Assembly (NCBI RefSeq): GCF_009914755.1
Contig: NC_060933.1
DNA: 64,000 nt
From: the human T2T-CHM13v2.0 reference genome, Homo sapiens
Reading direction: 5' to 3' (one strand)
The notes below the pieces were generated by a model. It saw nothing but the letters and a program-made list of their open reading frames with translations. It was not told the origin of the DNA and ran no database searches. The position numbers and the translations under genes were made by a program. Below are positions 1 to 16,589 of the stretch, in pieces (the stretch's first letter is position 1; the number at the start of each line of letters is the position of its first letter).

Positions 1-270
1 CAAGCTAAGAATGGTTTTTATACTTTTACATGATTGAGGAGAAAATCAGCAGAATAATATTTCATGACATGAAAATCATATGAAATTCACATTTCAGTGT
101 CCATAAATAAAGTTATTGAGACACAGCCACACCCATTCATTTAGGTATCATCTGTGGCTACTTTTGTGCAACATGGCAGACTTGAGGACTTACAACAGAG
201 AACACCTGGCCTACAAAATCGAAAATATTTATTATCTGGCTCTTGCCAGAAGAAGTTTGCCAATTCCTCA
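1..270. mobile_element. MER58-like hAT-Charlie DNA transposon relic (partial)
   Basis: aaataaagttattgagacacagccacacccattcattt...aaatatttattatctggc...gtttgccaattcct resembles the MER58 consensus. Confidence 0.75.
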
Positions 271-904
271 GCTCCATGATGAAGTGAGTTTGCTGCGTAA
301 GGAACTTGTGAGACTGAATCAGCCATGGCTGTTGTTGGAGGGAAAATTAATCCAGAGGGGAATTCATCATCTACCCCGACTGATGGGCCAGGGTCCCTTC
401 CTCTCTTTGAAGCTGATGGTCTGAGCAGAGGATGCCTGCACTAGCAGTCAGGTGAAGTTAAATTTGCATTTTGAAGTTCCCAGGGGCACAACTTCTATCT
501 CCCCTAGAACGAGGCTGAGTTTTCCAGGAAATTTGAAGTGAGAACTGGGAAATGTGGAGACTTCTGAGAGGGCTGTAGAAGGAAGAGGGAAGATGAGCTA
601 TAGAGAGATTAGGGAAAGAGGGCTCTGCACGGAGCACCTTATTTCTGGAGGTGGTTAGAACTTGACCTTTATGATATATAAGGGGAATGAGTAAACAGAA
701 CAAAGTCTCAGTTTCCACTCTGTCGATAATACACGTACTCTTCATTAACTGATCTGTGATTGTCCTATTATTAGCTAGCGTGTGTTTGGTCTGTGGAAAC
801 ATTGTGAGCAGAAAGTTCTAGGGCAGGAGAGAGCAAACATTGTTATGCCACTTTGTTGGGCTCTGGCAGAAATGATTCTATAAATTCATCAATCCCCTTT
901 CATA

Positions 905-928
905 GATGATGATGATGATGATGATGAT
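905..928 (+). repeat. (GAT)n microsatellite
   Basis: About 8 GAT units seen directly. Confidence 0.9.
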
Positions 929-939
929 AAAAATAAAAA

Positions 940-1160
940 GAGCAGTTAGCATTTAATGAGCATTTACTATGTGCCAGGAGTATGGATTATATAATTTAAA
1001 CCTCAAAATCATCCTTTGGAATTATGCTATTGCCATCCCAATTTATTCAGATGAGGAAGCAAAACATGTTAGGTGAATCATCCAAAGCCACCCAACTGGT
1101 AAGTGATGAAGTCAGGGTGCAACCTTAGTGGAGGGACCCCAGAGATCACGCTCTTAACCC
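940..1160 (-). mobile_element. MIR
   Basis: gagcatttactatgtgccagg...cagatgaggaagc...ccaaagccacccaactggtaagtg core motifs. Confidence 0.7.
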
Positions 1161-1468
1161 CTATCTTGTCCTGTCTACTTTGCCAAAGAGTCACAAATCT
1201 ACCAGACTGGTTGCTACAGTGAGAGACCTGAGACCAAAAGCAGTAAAGATGGTTCTCCCTGGAATGAGAGAGCATGCAGCTAAGTAGCCTAATTTCCTGC
1301 CCTCCTTCCACCCTGTAGATTAATAAGAAACACCTTCATACCACAAAAATGAAGACCACTGCCACATGCAGGGTTCATCCAGAATTGCTGTTTCAAGTGC
1401 TCTTTCAAAAGCAAAGGGAGCAAATGCTTTCTAAATGCCTCATATTAAATAAGGAAAGCAAATTCTCC

Positions 1469-1789
<321 letters not shown>

Positions 1790-1859
1790 ACAAATTCTTC
1801 TTTTTAAATCCCATCATTGACAAATAGAGAATTATAACTTAAATAATGCTTTTAAAAAT

Positions 1860-2270
1860 CTTAAAGGAAACCATAAGTAGAATTTAAAATGTGATTGATT
1901 ACATAAGAACACAAAAGTGGCACAGAATAATAAAAAGATGGACAGATATATATGAGGAAAATGCAAACTAAAAAGTGAGGATTGTGGTTGTTATTTTAGA
2001 TGAATTCAGGGAAAATAATTAAATTTTTAGAAGACACATACTTTATAATTGATATTTAAGAGCTGTTATCTTTTATGCATCAAATAACATGACATCAACA
2101 TATAGAAAATAAAAACTTCTGGAAATAAGGGGGAAATGACAAAAATATAATCAAAGTGAGAGATTTTTTAATATTCATATCACTATTTGCAAACATACAA
2201 TAAGAGAAAAAGAAGCAAGGACAAAGAGGAGCTGATTAATAAATAATAAGACGAGGATCAACTTAGAAAA
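1860..2270 (+). mobile_element. Old L1 (L1M) ORF2 endonuclease-region fragment
   Basis: A-rich degenerate L1 ORF2-like motifs (aaagatggacagatatat, aaaatgcaaactaaaaag, gagattttttaata). Confidence 0.5.
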
Positions 2271-2722
2271 GAGTATGTTGTCTGTAAGGGTTTTCTCTGG
2301 ACCCAGCTCCCCAAATCTAAGTGACAGACCCCATGCACAGTTCTCTCTGACATTTCAGACAAGCATAGTTGCAGTAAAGATCCTTGTATATGTATGCTTA
2401 CATACTGGTGTTGTTATTTTCTTGACGGTTGGTTATCAGGTGAGATTTCAAGGCCAAAGCTAAGTATGCTTTTGATTTTCAGAGATGATGAGACCGATTG
2501 CCTTTCTAAAGACTATAAAAATTCATATTCCTACCACATCATCACTGCTGTTTTACGTTCTGCCAAAAGGCATTTCATAATTACCTTAATTTTTATTCCT
2601 CCGTCTTCCACATTTATTGGAGAGTTGGATTTCCTTTTCTATAAATGGTCTATTTATATCTCTGCCCCCTTCCCCCCACCTTTTTTTTTTTTGTCTATTT
2701 ATATCTCTGTCCCCTTTGCTCC

Positions 2723-3019
<297 letters not shown>

Positions 3020-3462
3020 TAGTGTTTTTTTCCCTATCATTTGTCTTTTGATATCTGTTGGTGTTTTTCAATAGGTATACACAAACTTTATTGTAGCCAA
3101 TTATATCTATATTTTCCTTTATAAATTCTGGCTTTCCTGATTTGCTTATGAATTCCCTTCTTACCCAAGTTTGTGCCCATATTCTCCTAAATTTTCTTCT
3201 TTTTTTTATATTATATCTTTAATCCATTTGAGATTTACTTTTCATAGGTGATACATGAGGAAAAGATCCCACTTCATTTTCTTAATTTTCTTCTCCAGCA
3301 CTAGTGATGAAATAGAAGACGCTTTGCCTACTTACAGTTCACCTTTATTGTATATTAATTACCCACATAGATCCAAGATTATTTCTGGACTCAGTTATGT
3401 TTCTCTGATCTATATATCCTTATGTCGAGATCGAATTGTTTTTATTACCATTGCTTCATATA

Positions 3463-4098
<636 letters not shown>

Positions 4099-4591
4099 TA
4101 AATGGTGTTGAATAACTAGTAAAATGAAGTGAGAAGCTATTGGATTTTGTTAGTAGGAAACCATTCATCATCTTTGAGGGTAGAGTTTCCATGGGGCCAT
4201 ACAGATGGAAGCTAGATTTGGGGCTGCTTGGTGATTAGTGGAAGGTATAGATTGTTCTCTTGAAGAATTTGGCAGTAAGACAGTGGAAGGTGATATGGTG
4301 GATTGAGTGGGAAGCAGGAAAAAGGAAAATATTTTAAAGCCCAGGCAAGATGTGTATGTGTGTGGCCTAAGACAAAGGAGTCAATTGAAAGCAAATAAAC
4401 GACAACTGAAGACCCACATCCCATAAATGAGTTCTACGCACCCATAATCTTCTTCCCAATATAACTAAAATGATGTGATTGTCATAAAATAGTGTTACTT
4501 AGTAATAGGCTCTACACAACAAGTATTGCCATTAAAGCTTGGCATAGTCTCAATTCAACATTAAGTGCTGGATTAAAAAAATAATACAATT

Positions 4592-4763
4592 GGCCAAGCG
4601 TGGTGGCTTTCACCAGTAATCTGGGCACTTTGGGAGGCCAAGGCAGGTGAATCAGAAGAATCCCTTGAGCCCAGGAGGTTGAGGCAGTGAGCCAGGATCG
4701 TGCTACTGTGCTCCGGCCTGGATGAGAGAGAGAGACCTTGTCTCAATAATAATAATAATAAAA
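4592..4763 (+). mobile_element. Alu monomer or internally deleted Alu with (AAT)n tail
   Basis: ggccaagcgtggtggc...gagaccttgtctc aataataat. Confidence 0.8.
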
Positions 4764-5007
4764 TCAACTACATCCTCTCCATTGGTAAAAACAATGATGA
4801 GGTTTCTCTGGCAAGTATGATGACCCTGGGAGACAGACACCAAGAAAGAACACTGGCGGAAGCTACCATCACTGGATTCCAAGGACTCCAGGGGATGTGC
4901 TTCCTGAGACCCAAGGTAGTCACCATGGTTTTGCCTGGAATGAACATTTTCCCTTTTGCTCTACTCCCAACAGGACCATGGCTAAACTTGCACCTGGGAC
5001 TGTGAGG

Positions 5008-5170
5008 CAGTGGTTTCCAAATTTGGCTGCACATGAGAATTACCTGGGGAGGTTTTTTAAAATCTCCATGACCATGTGGCACTCCAGACCAATGAAATCA
5101 GAATCTCTGCTTGTGACACCTGAGCATCAGTAGTTTTTAATGCTTCCCAGGTGATTATAATGTGCACTGA
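5008..5170. mobile_element. MER5A-like hAT MITE
   Basis: cagtggtttccaaatttggctgcacatgagaattacctgggga...aatcagaatctct...cccaggtgatt. Confidence 0.8.
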
Positions 5171-5228
5171 TTTTGGGCGTCTGAATCAGTTGACAATGTA
5201 ATACAGCTTTTTGAAACTGGGACATGTG

Positions 5229-5551
<323 letters not shown>

Positions 5552-5888
5552 TTACCAGGTCTGGTGTGAAGAAATATCAGGGACAGGCAACGAAGATGCC
5601 TTCAGATGACAGAGCGTATTCTCTGTGAGCCAGTTTACTTAGAATGTCCTTTCAGGAAAATGCCATTGATACCTTGAATTGGGGTATTTTCCAGTCTGCT
5701 AAAGGATACCCAGGGGGTTTCTAACATGGCCAAGAATTAGTAAAGCACAAGAGTGCAGAGTGGGGTTCTTTAGTAGTTGTGCAGAAAAAAATGAAAATAA
5801 AAATTTAAATATCACGAGACATGAAAGAGAAGCTACTTCCAGTATGCAGTCGAGTGTGAAAATTCAATTACAAGAAGCAAGAAAGTAA

Positions 5889-6014
5889 GCCGGTGGCTCA
5901 CGCCTGTAATCCCAGCACTTTGGGAGGTCGAGGCAGCAGGATGGTTTGAGGCCAGGAGTTCAAGACCAGCCTGGGCAACATAGCAAGTCCCTGTCTCTAC
6001 AAAAAAAAAAAAAA
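5889..6014 (+). mobile_element. FLAM / Alu left monomer
   Basis: Single monomer ending in poly(A). Confidence 0.8.
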
Positions 6015-6478
6015 CTTTTTAAAGAAAAATACAAAAAAGAAAGAAAGTAGTCATTCATTTAGTAGTTTCCTAGGAGGCAAAATTATTTACTTCTCAACTC
6101 TGCCAGTAGTTATAATAATGTTTAAACCGGCTGCCAGGAGGCATTTAAAAATTAACTATCCTACAAATTGTTTTGACATACAGGCACCTACGACACATAT
6201 TCTCATCCACCCTAAAATCAAAGTTTGCAAGACTGGGAATATGTTTAGCAGGAAACAAAGTGAATCATACTGAAACTTGAAAAATAGCACACTAATGTGT
6301 CACCTTTACATTGAGAAGCAAAGTGAATCATTTGCTAATGTTTGATTTTTAGTACCAGAGGTCAGGTAATTTTTATCTGAGGTCAGTCTTTTTTTGATCT
6401 CTTAACTAGAAAATAGCAAGTTGAGTTTACCACCCAGAGGATCTTTTAATAATGAAGCAAATTTCTGCCTTCACGTAA

Positions 6479-6783
<305 letters not shown>

Positions 6784-6829
6784 TCATATAATTCTGTATA
6801 CACATAAACTTTCCAAGCTCAGGTTGTAG

Positions 6830-6950
6830 GGCACAAAGCCTTAGGTTAGAAGCCCTGGGTTGGGATCCTAGCTCTGCTAGGTACTGGTAGGTGACCCTGG
6901 ATAATGACTTAACCTCCCTACACCTCAGTTTTATCAAGTTTAATATAGGA
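6830..6950 (+). mobile_element. MIR
   Basis: ctgggttgggatcctagctctgct...gtgaccctggataatgacttaacctccctacacctcagtttt. Confidence 0.7.
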
Positions 6951-7103
6951 TTGATGATGGTGGTGGTGATGATAATGATGATGATGAAGATAATTGTTTC
7001 CAAAGTACTTAGCTCTATTCCTGCCATAGGTAAACATTCAATAGATGATAATCATTCCTCTAGCCATATTCTCTTTATAAATTGCCTAAAAGACTCAAAG
7101 AAA

Positions 7104-7388
7104 GGGCAGGCATGTTGGCTTATGCCTGTAACCCCAGCACTTTGGGAGGCAAGGGGATCACTTGAGCCCAGGAATTTGAGACCAACCTGGGCAACATGGA
7201 GAAACCCCGTCTCTACAAAAAATGCAAAAATTAGCTGGATATGGTGGTGTGTGCCTGTAGTCCCAGCTACTCAGGAGGCTGAAGTGAGAGGATTATCTAA
7301 GCCTGGGAGGTTGAGGCTGCTGAGAGCCATGATCACGCCTCTGCACTCTACCCTGGGTGACAGACCAAGAACCTGTCTCAAAAAAAAG
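7104..7388 (+). mobile_element. AluJ
   Basis: Forward Alu consensus. Confidence 0.88.
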
Positions 7389-7514
7389 ACCCAAAGAAAT
7401 ATCCCTGCTTATGATCACTTGTTATGTAAAGATTGCATAGAAATAGATTAAATGTTTGGGCATTAATTTAAAAACATGTGGTTTCATTTGGAAATGCACT
7501 ATTCTGAATCTTAA

Positions 7515-8262
<748 letters not shown>

Positions 8263-8273
8263 TTATTTTATGT

Positions 8274-8605
<332 letters not shown>

Positions 8606-8896
8606 TAGAAGAGACATACCTAGGACTTTATAAACACCTAAATCTCAAAGTTTTCAAATATTGCCTTTCCTCATTTCTCCCTGTTCTCTTTTCTGAAAAC
8701 CTAATTATATGTATTTCTAATTTTCACCTTCTATCCTCCATATCTCAACCTCTCTTTTATATTTTGCACAATCTTCTCTGTTTATTCTTCATTGTGGGTA
8801 ATTTGGTAATTTCTTTAGATCTGTCTTCCTAGTTGATAAATTCTCTCTCCATCTAACACTAGGTCTTATTTCCATCAAACTGTGTATTTGCACTCA

Positions 8897-9268
<372 letters not shown>

Positions 9269-9276
9269 TTAAATTA

Positions 9277-9343
9277 TAGTTTTTGAGCAGATAATAAAGC
9301 CACATTCAAAAATTATGTGGCTTTATTATCTGCTCAAAAACTA
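9277..9343. repeat. Perfect 29-bp inverted repeat with 9-nt spacer
   Basis: 9277-9305 tagtttttgagcagataataaagccacat is the exact reverse complement of 9315-9343. Confidence 0.97.
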
Positions 9344-9580
9344 AATGTATACGTTTAAAAGGTATAAATTGAGAAGTTTTAGTCCTACTCCATCCCTGCC
9401 CACCCCCCATAGATAATCAGTTTAATTAGTTTCTTGTATATGCTTCCAGCGTTTCCTCATGCAGGAAACATATATGTATTTTTATCTTTCTCTTTTTCTT
9501 ACACAAAAGTTAGCATAATATATATGCCGTTATCCGTTTAATTTTTTTTCACTTTAAAAGTATAACTAGGAGATGATTCA
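9280..9580 (-). mobile_element. L1ME-type 3' end relic
   Basis: ttttgagcagataata...aaaaggtata...ttagtttcttgtatatgcttccag...cacaaaagttagcataatata resembles the reversed L1ME 3' UTR. Confidence 0.6.
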
Positions 9581-9652
9581 ATTTGGTTATTTTTAAATCT
9601 TCCCAGTCACAGACAATACTGTCTGATTACTTATCCATTTTTAAATTCAACC

Positions 9653-10024
<372 letters not shown>

Positions 10025-10564
10025 TAATAATTCCAATATCTGAAGTCCCTGGAGTTTCCATGTGATTAGTTAAAGATTCGGCTAACTCTCACAGTGACTC
10101 GTTTCCTTGAATGTTTGGTGGTCTTTGAGATCTAGTTCATAATAATTAATGGGATCCTGATGATCCAAATTAAAGATGTTTTCCTCCAGAAAGAATTTGC
10201 ATTGGCTTCTGCCAGGAGCTAGGGACAAGGGGTGTTACTAACCTGCAATAAGCAAACACCATTCAAGGGTCTTCTGCTTAATCTCAGTCTCTCGTTTAGT
10301 ATCCCCTGTTCCACCCACTGGGGACTGCATAATTACAAAATTTAGGCCTTCGTTGAAACGTTGACACCAGTGTTTGCCTGGTGTACTTTCATTTCATTTG
10401 TACGTTCATTTAATTGTTCTATTTCAGCACCAGTACCAAGTTATTTACTGCAAGCCTTATGGTACAGTTTAATATCTGATAGGGAAAGTCTTTTCGTTTT
10501 CAAAATTTACTAGGTTCTCATAATAATTTATTTTCCCAAATGATCTTTTAAATTATTTGCTCAT

Positions 10565-11001
10565 TGATACAGTTTCGATATTTGTCCCCACTGAAGTCTC
10601 ATGTTGAAATATAATCCCCAATGTTGGGGTGGGGCCTGGTGGGAGATGTTTGGATCATGGGGACAGATCCCTCATGAATGGCTTGGGCCATCCCCTTGGT
10701 GATAAGTGAGCTCTCGCTCTGAGTTCACATGAGATCTGGTTGTTTAAAAGTGTGTGGCATCTCCCCCTCACTCTCTGTCTCTTTCTCACTTGCTCTTGCT
10801 TTTGCCACATGACATGCCTGCTCCCCCTTTGCCTTCTGCCATGATTGTAAGCTTCCTGAGGCCTCTCTAGAAGCCAAGCAGGTGCCAACACCATGCTTCC
10901 TATAAAGCCAGCAGAACTGTAAGCCAGTTAAAACCTCTTTTCTTTATAATTTATCCAGTCCTGGGTATTTCTCTATAGCAATGCAAGAGTGGCCTAATAC
11001 A
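10565..11001 (+). mobile_element. MSTA-like MaLR solo LTR
   Basis: TG...CA termini (tgatacagttt...ctaataca), MST internal motifs, perfect 5-bp TSD ctcat. Confidence 0.9.
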
Positions 11002-11583
11002 CTCATGGACTTTTCCAAAGTGAAACAATCTGTGAGGACTTATAAGGAAAATGATGGCAGAAGTGTATGTTAACCTCCAAACCCTATGTCAATGCAAACA
11101 AGAATGAATAAAAAGAACTGAAAATTAAGAAAAGGACTCTATATTGCAGTGAGGAAAGCCCCCAACATTAAACCACACACTCTGAAGATGAAGAATGCCA
11201 AATATAATGTCATGTGGAGCAAGTTGACAGAGTCCCATGATCAAACACAAATCTCCAGTTCATGAGCACAGTGCAGTATGGCAGGTCCTAAGTGTAAGAA
11301 ATTCCAAAAGATCCCACCAATATAAGTGCTAGGGGCATGAGCAAGCTGCTGGAAAAATAAGGAACACTCTTCCTTGGAGCCCACTGACCCATTATTGATT
11401 ACTAAGGAATGTGGTGTTGCAAGACATTCTGCCCTGCTGAGCGCAGTTTTTCCTCCATCATCATTTTCTATCAGATTGGGGCAGTATCTGGAGGCAAAGT
11501 CTACTTCACGATCACAGGGAGCATTGAACAATCCCTTGATGACACAACTGGAAAACCAAATGAAAAAAAGATAAATAATTTCT

Positions 11584-11906
11584 TTTATTATTATTATAAT
11601 TATAATACTTTAAGTTCTGAGATACACGTGCAGAACGTGCAGGTTTGTTACATAGGTATACGTGTGCCATGGTGGCTTGCTGCACCCATCAACCCATCAT
11701 CTAGGTTTTAATCCCCGCATACATTAGTTATTTGTCCTAATGCTCTCCCTCCTTTTGCCCCCATCCCCCCAACAGGCCCCAGTGTGTGATGTTTCCCTCC
11801 CTGTGTCCATGTGTTCTCGTTGTTCAACTCCCACTTCTGAGTGAGAACATGAGGTGTTTGATTTTCTGTTCCTGTGTTAGTTTGCTGAGAATGATGGTTT
11901 CCAGGG
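11584..11906 (-). mobile_element. 5'-truncated L1PA 3' end
   Basis: tatactttaagttctgagatacacgtgcagaacgtgcaggtttgttacatagg...; TSD gataaataatttct (11570-11583 and 11907-11920). Confidence 0.92.
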
Positions 11907-11929
11907 GATAAATAATTTCTATACTAAAC

Positions 11930-13600
11930 TGTTCTAGGGCAGAGAAAGAAGAAATTCTTGCCAATTAACAAAAACCAATGTAAGACTGTTTTATATAGAT
12001 AATACACAGGAGAAAGCTAGAAATATCTCAAAATTGATTTTTAAAAATTCTTAATAAAGTATCAGCAAATATAATCTAGGAGCAGATTTGGTTAAAGAGC
12101 AATACACCATGACTGCAACTTTTATTCCAAGAATGCATAGGTGGCTAAATATTAGGAAATCTATTAATACTGATGAAAGGAAGATAAAAGTATATGATCC
12201 TATGGTAGGTATCAACAAAACGTTTCATAAAACTTCGTGTCCATACCTGATAAATGCTCTTTGTAAAATGGGATTCGGTGAATATTTCTTTACATCAAAA
12301 CATCTCTTAAACCAAAAGTTGATATCATGCTTAGTGATTTTCATCTTATAATCTACATAAGATTATGTGATGGACATTGCAAATAGACAAGAGAACAAAA
12401 TAAGAAATTTAAAAATTAGAATGAAGAAGACAAAATTATCATCATTTGTAGATAATAGAAAGTCTAAGAGATTCAGCTGAAAACTATTAAAAAGTAAAAG
12501 AGTAAAAGAGAGCTCAGAAAGTTTTCAGGATATAATGTTAATATTCAAAAATCAAACATCTTATAATGCATTAAAACATAATCTAAAATAAATCCATTTG
12601 TGAAAGTATAAAATACATACAAATAAATTTGAATTATATGGAAAAAAAACAGAAAAAAAATGTGATTAAGTGAAAAGGCATACCCTGTGAGGGAACAGAA
12701 ATATTTAGTATGGTATAAAATATAAATTCTTCCAAAATAATCTGGGAAATCATCATCATTTTGGTCAAAATTCTAACATGATAATGTGGAAGGGAGCTTT
12801 TTTTTTTTCTTTTGAGACACGGTCTTACTCTGTTGCCCAGGCTGGAGTGCAGTGGCATGATCACTGCAAGCTCTGCCTCCTGGGTTCATGGCACTCTCCT
12901 GCCTCAGCCTCCTGAGTAGCTGGGACTACAGGTGCCCGCCACCACATCCAGCTAATTTTTTGTATTTTTAGTACAGACGGGGTTTCACTGTGTTAGCCAG
13001 GATGGTCTCAATCTCCTCACATCGTGATCCGTCAGCCTCGGCCTCCCAAAGTGCTGGGATTAAAGGCGTGAGCCACCGCGCCCCACCCTGGAGCATTTTA
13101 AAAAATATTTAAATGCATGATACAAAGGTGGCATCTCAATGGTGATTGGGTAAAGATAATCATATAAATAATTGTGCTATTATAATTATGATGAATGGTA
13201 TTAAGAAAAAATACAGATTGGTGTGAAATGTTTTAAATACAATGCGGGTTCTTGTTTCATTCATTACACCAAATACATTCCAAATGCAACAAATGTTTTA
13301 AAGTACGGCTAAAATTGCATGAGAGCTAGGAAAGAAATGGATAAATATTTTTAAATCTTGGGTGGAAAGTCTTTCTGAGCACATCATGAAATTCAGTAAT
13401 CACAAACAAAAGATCAGTAACCTGGACTAAGTAACAATGAAAACTTTCCCATGGCAAAAACAAGCAAAAGTCTTATAAATAAAGTTGCAAGACAAAGAGC
13501 AAATATGGAGAAATATGTGCAATATAGATAACAAGCAGCTTGTGGCTTCCCTAATATAAAAAGAGTTGTGTAGTTATTTAGAATAAATCACCCCCTTCCC
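11930..13600 (+). mobile_element. Degraded old L1 (L1M/L1ME) ORF2 fragments, interrupted by an Alu
   Basis: tttattccaagaatgcataggtggctaaatattaggaaatctattaat, aaaattatcatcatttgtagat and similar L1 ORF2-like motifs. Confidence 0.6.
12798..13088 (-). mobile_element. AluY/Sc
   Basis: gttagccaggatggtctcaatctc...cgtgatcc. Confidence 0.88.
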
Positions 13601-13749
13601 AAATAAAAAAGTATAGGTCTTCAGCTGAGGAAACGTTTTCTCCTGTCTCTACTGAACTACTCTCCCATACTCTGAAGTTGAAGGAAGGAGGTATAACCAA
13701 TGGCAGTTGCTATTACTCACTCTTACCAGGAGTAAGGGCCAGTGCCCTT

Positions 13750-13928
13750 CACACACACACCCCCCACACACAACACACACAAATGTACACACAAACATAG
13801 ACACAATGCACTCAGCTCTCACACACACACCACATACACACCACACACACACATACGCACACACATGTATATACAAACATGCACCCAATGCACTCAACTC
13901 AAATACACACAACACATATACAACACAT
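13750..13928 (+). repeat. Degenerate (CA)n-rich tract
   Basis: Seen directly; source of the T/H-rich and C/V-rich ORFs. Confidence 0.9.
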
Positions 13929-14149
13929 ATCTTGGGCAGTTTATTGTAGGGTCATACCTGCCTGCACGGTATGATCTGTACCTGTACCCCCTCTGCGTAC
14001 CACTCAGCTGTTTCTAAGTTTTGCACTCTATCTGGATCCAGAAAGATGCCAGTGAACGTGGTCACAAAGGGGACATGTTCTGCCTGCTCCCCAAGGTGGA
14101 ATCAGTGCATAGAGTCCCGTGGCTGCCTATTTTCTGGTTCGGGTCATGA

Positions 14150-14435
14150 GAAAGTCACTTCCTCCCTTTGCAAAAGGGTACTGTTTTTGTGAAATGAAGC
14201 CAGGGTACGCTGCGTGCATATCTGAAGTCAGATCCTTCTGAGGTTCTGCCGTTAGCTTGTCCATCTTCATTGTCAATGGTATCGGGAAATTCCCCTCCTT
14301 TCCCCAGCTTTGTTGGGTCTTCAAGGGTGACTGAAGGAGAGGTTCTTATGAGTCATTGCATTGAAGGCCACCAGCCAGACACCACTGTGAGCCATAAACT
14401 GTCATATAAAAGCTTTTCCAACCACCACCACAACA
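14150..14435. promoter_or_regulatory. Candidate enhancer (ETS/PU.1, NF-kB, AP-1, RUNX motif cluster)
   Basis: CACTTCCTC 14156-14164, GGGAAATTCCC 14284-14294, ATGAGTCAT 14348-14356, ACCACA ~14426, in non-repeat DNA; motif evidence only. Confidence 0.4.
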
Positions 14436-14696
14436 ACAAAATATTCTCAGAACATAGATATACACAGAATACGGTCCCTGTGTCAACAGTCACTTGTGTG
14501 GGCTCAGTGCTGACAACGGTGCTGTGGCTACTCCAGGTATGCTGCAATCCCTCTTTGAAGATTGCCATCAGGGCTGGAAACACATATTTTTGGTATTCTG
14601 AGTCCACAAGTGTAATATTTTTACATCGTGTTTGATTTTCGGAAATGGTTAAAAGTCATTCGCCACATACTTCAGTTTATAAAAGAAATGTCCAAC

Positions 14697-15012
14697 TGGC
14701 TGGAAAGAGTGGTGGAAGGGCAGAGGGGTGGGAATGGTTAATGGGTACCAAAAATTTAGAAAGACTGAATAAGACCTAGTATTTGATAGCACAACAGGGT
14801 GACTATAGTCAATCATAATTGAATCGTACATTAAAAAATAACTAAAAGAGTATAATTGGATTGTTTATAATACAAAGTATAAATGCTTGAGGGGATAGAT
14901 ACCCCATTCTCCATGTTGTGATTATCACACATTGCACACCTGTATCAAAACATCTCATGCATTCCATGAATATGTACACCATGTACCCACAAAAGTTACA
15001 ATTAAAAATAAA
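14697..15012 (+). mobile_element. L1MA-type 3' end, 5'-truncated
   Basis: aataagacctagtatttgatagcacaacagggtgactatagtcaat...; 16-bp TSD aaaagaaatgtccaac. Confidence 0.9.
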
Positions 15013-16055
15013 AAAAGAAATGTCCAACAGGCTAAGTTTTAATGATATATATTTTATATGGATATATAATGTTTTTACCCTACATAGACAGAGAAAACTG
15101 TAAAGTAATAAGACTAATTGATGTTCTTTTGCAGCTCATAAACACTCCGAAGGCAATTCCCAAAGGTAACTTCTGAAAAAAAAAATGTTAATACTAATAG
15201 TGTCACTGGAATATGCATTTAGTCTTTCAAAGAAACTACTTAGAAGGACAACTATAATTCCGTTGAATATCTAGTATGTTTTGGGGAAGTCTCATTAGAG
15301 TTACGGTTTGTCTAGAAGATGTTTTTTTAAATGTTGTTTTGAAAGACTTCATAAGCAAATTGTCCCCTTCCTTTACCCACTTCCTTGCACCGCCCCCCAA
15401 CAGTCAGCCAATCCAATGCACTGTCAAATTCTTTATTTTTATTTTGATAACATCTCCTTTTCATTAGAACCTTCCTCTCTAGTCCCTCTATTTCAATCTT
15501 TAATGTTGTTCTTTGTGCTGTTTCATGCCTTTGTTTACATTCTTACACACACACACCCCATTCCTGGAATTTCCCTCCTAGTCGTCTCTGCCTGAAAAAA
15601 AACCCTACTAACCCTTTGAGGCCAGCTCAGACTTCACCTGTGTGGCCCTTGCTGGCCTCTTGTACTTAATCACTCTGTTGTTATGCTTGTCACTCTGAAC
15701 CACTGTGTAGTATAAAAACTCCATCACTGAAGGAGCTGGGTAAGGTGTTGCTGGATGTTGTGAAATGAAGGTTAAACTGATTTCTCAATCACAGGGGAAA
15801 TTCAGCATCAAAATTAAAGCAAATGATATCAGTTTATTTCTGTCAGAGGTCCAATCTGCTAATAAATAATGCTACATTAACAACAGGAAGGACTGAATTT
15901 TATGCTTCCAGTCTCACTCCTTTGAAACCATACTGGGAGGCTTCCTGGATACACTCAATATAGAGAATACACATCTAGTTCTCCTTTGAGTTTAAGAAAT
16001 ATGACTAAATAGATGGGATCAATTAGAAGCCATCAATTAGAGAACAGGAGTATTA

Positions 16056-16424
<369 letters not shown>

Positions 16425-16589
16425 CTAGTATATAAAAAAAAATCTCACCTGCCATTTTGATAGTGAAAATTTTGGTCAGCTGTCTGATGCCCACCCAGCT
16501 TTCTACTCCAGTGTTCTCATGTTCCTCATTTGTTGCTTCACTTTCTCTGGTACAAAAACAAAAACAAAAATACAGGTGTGACAGCAGAA

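Noticed and set aside
13649-14017. Thr/His-rich and Cys/Val-rich ORFs
   Set aside because: Translations of a degenerate (CA)n tract.
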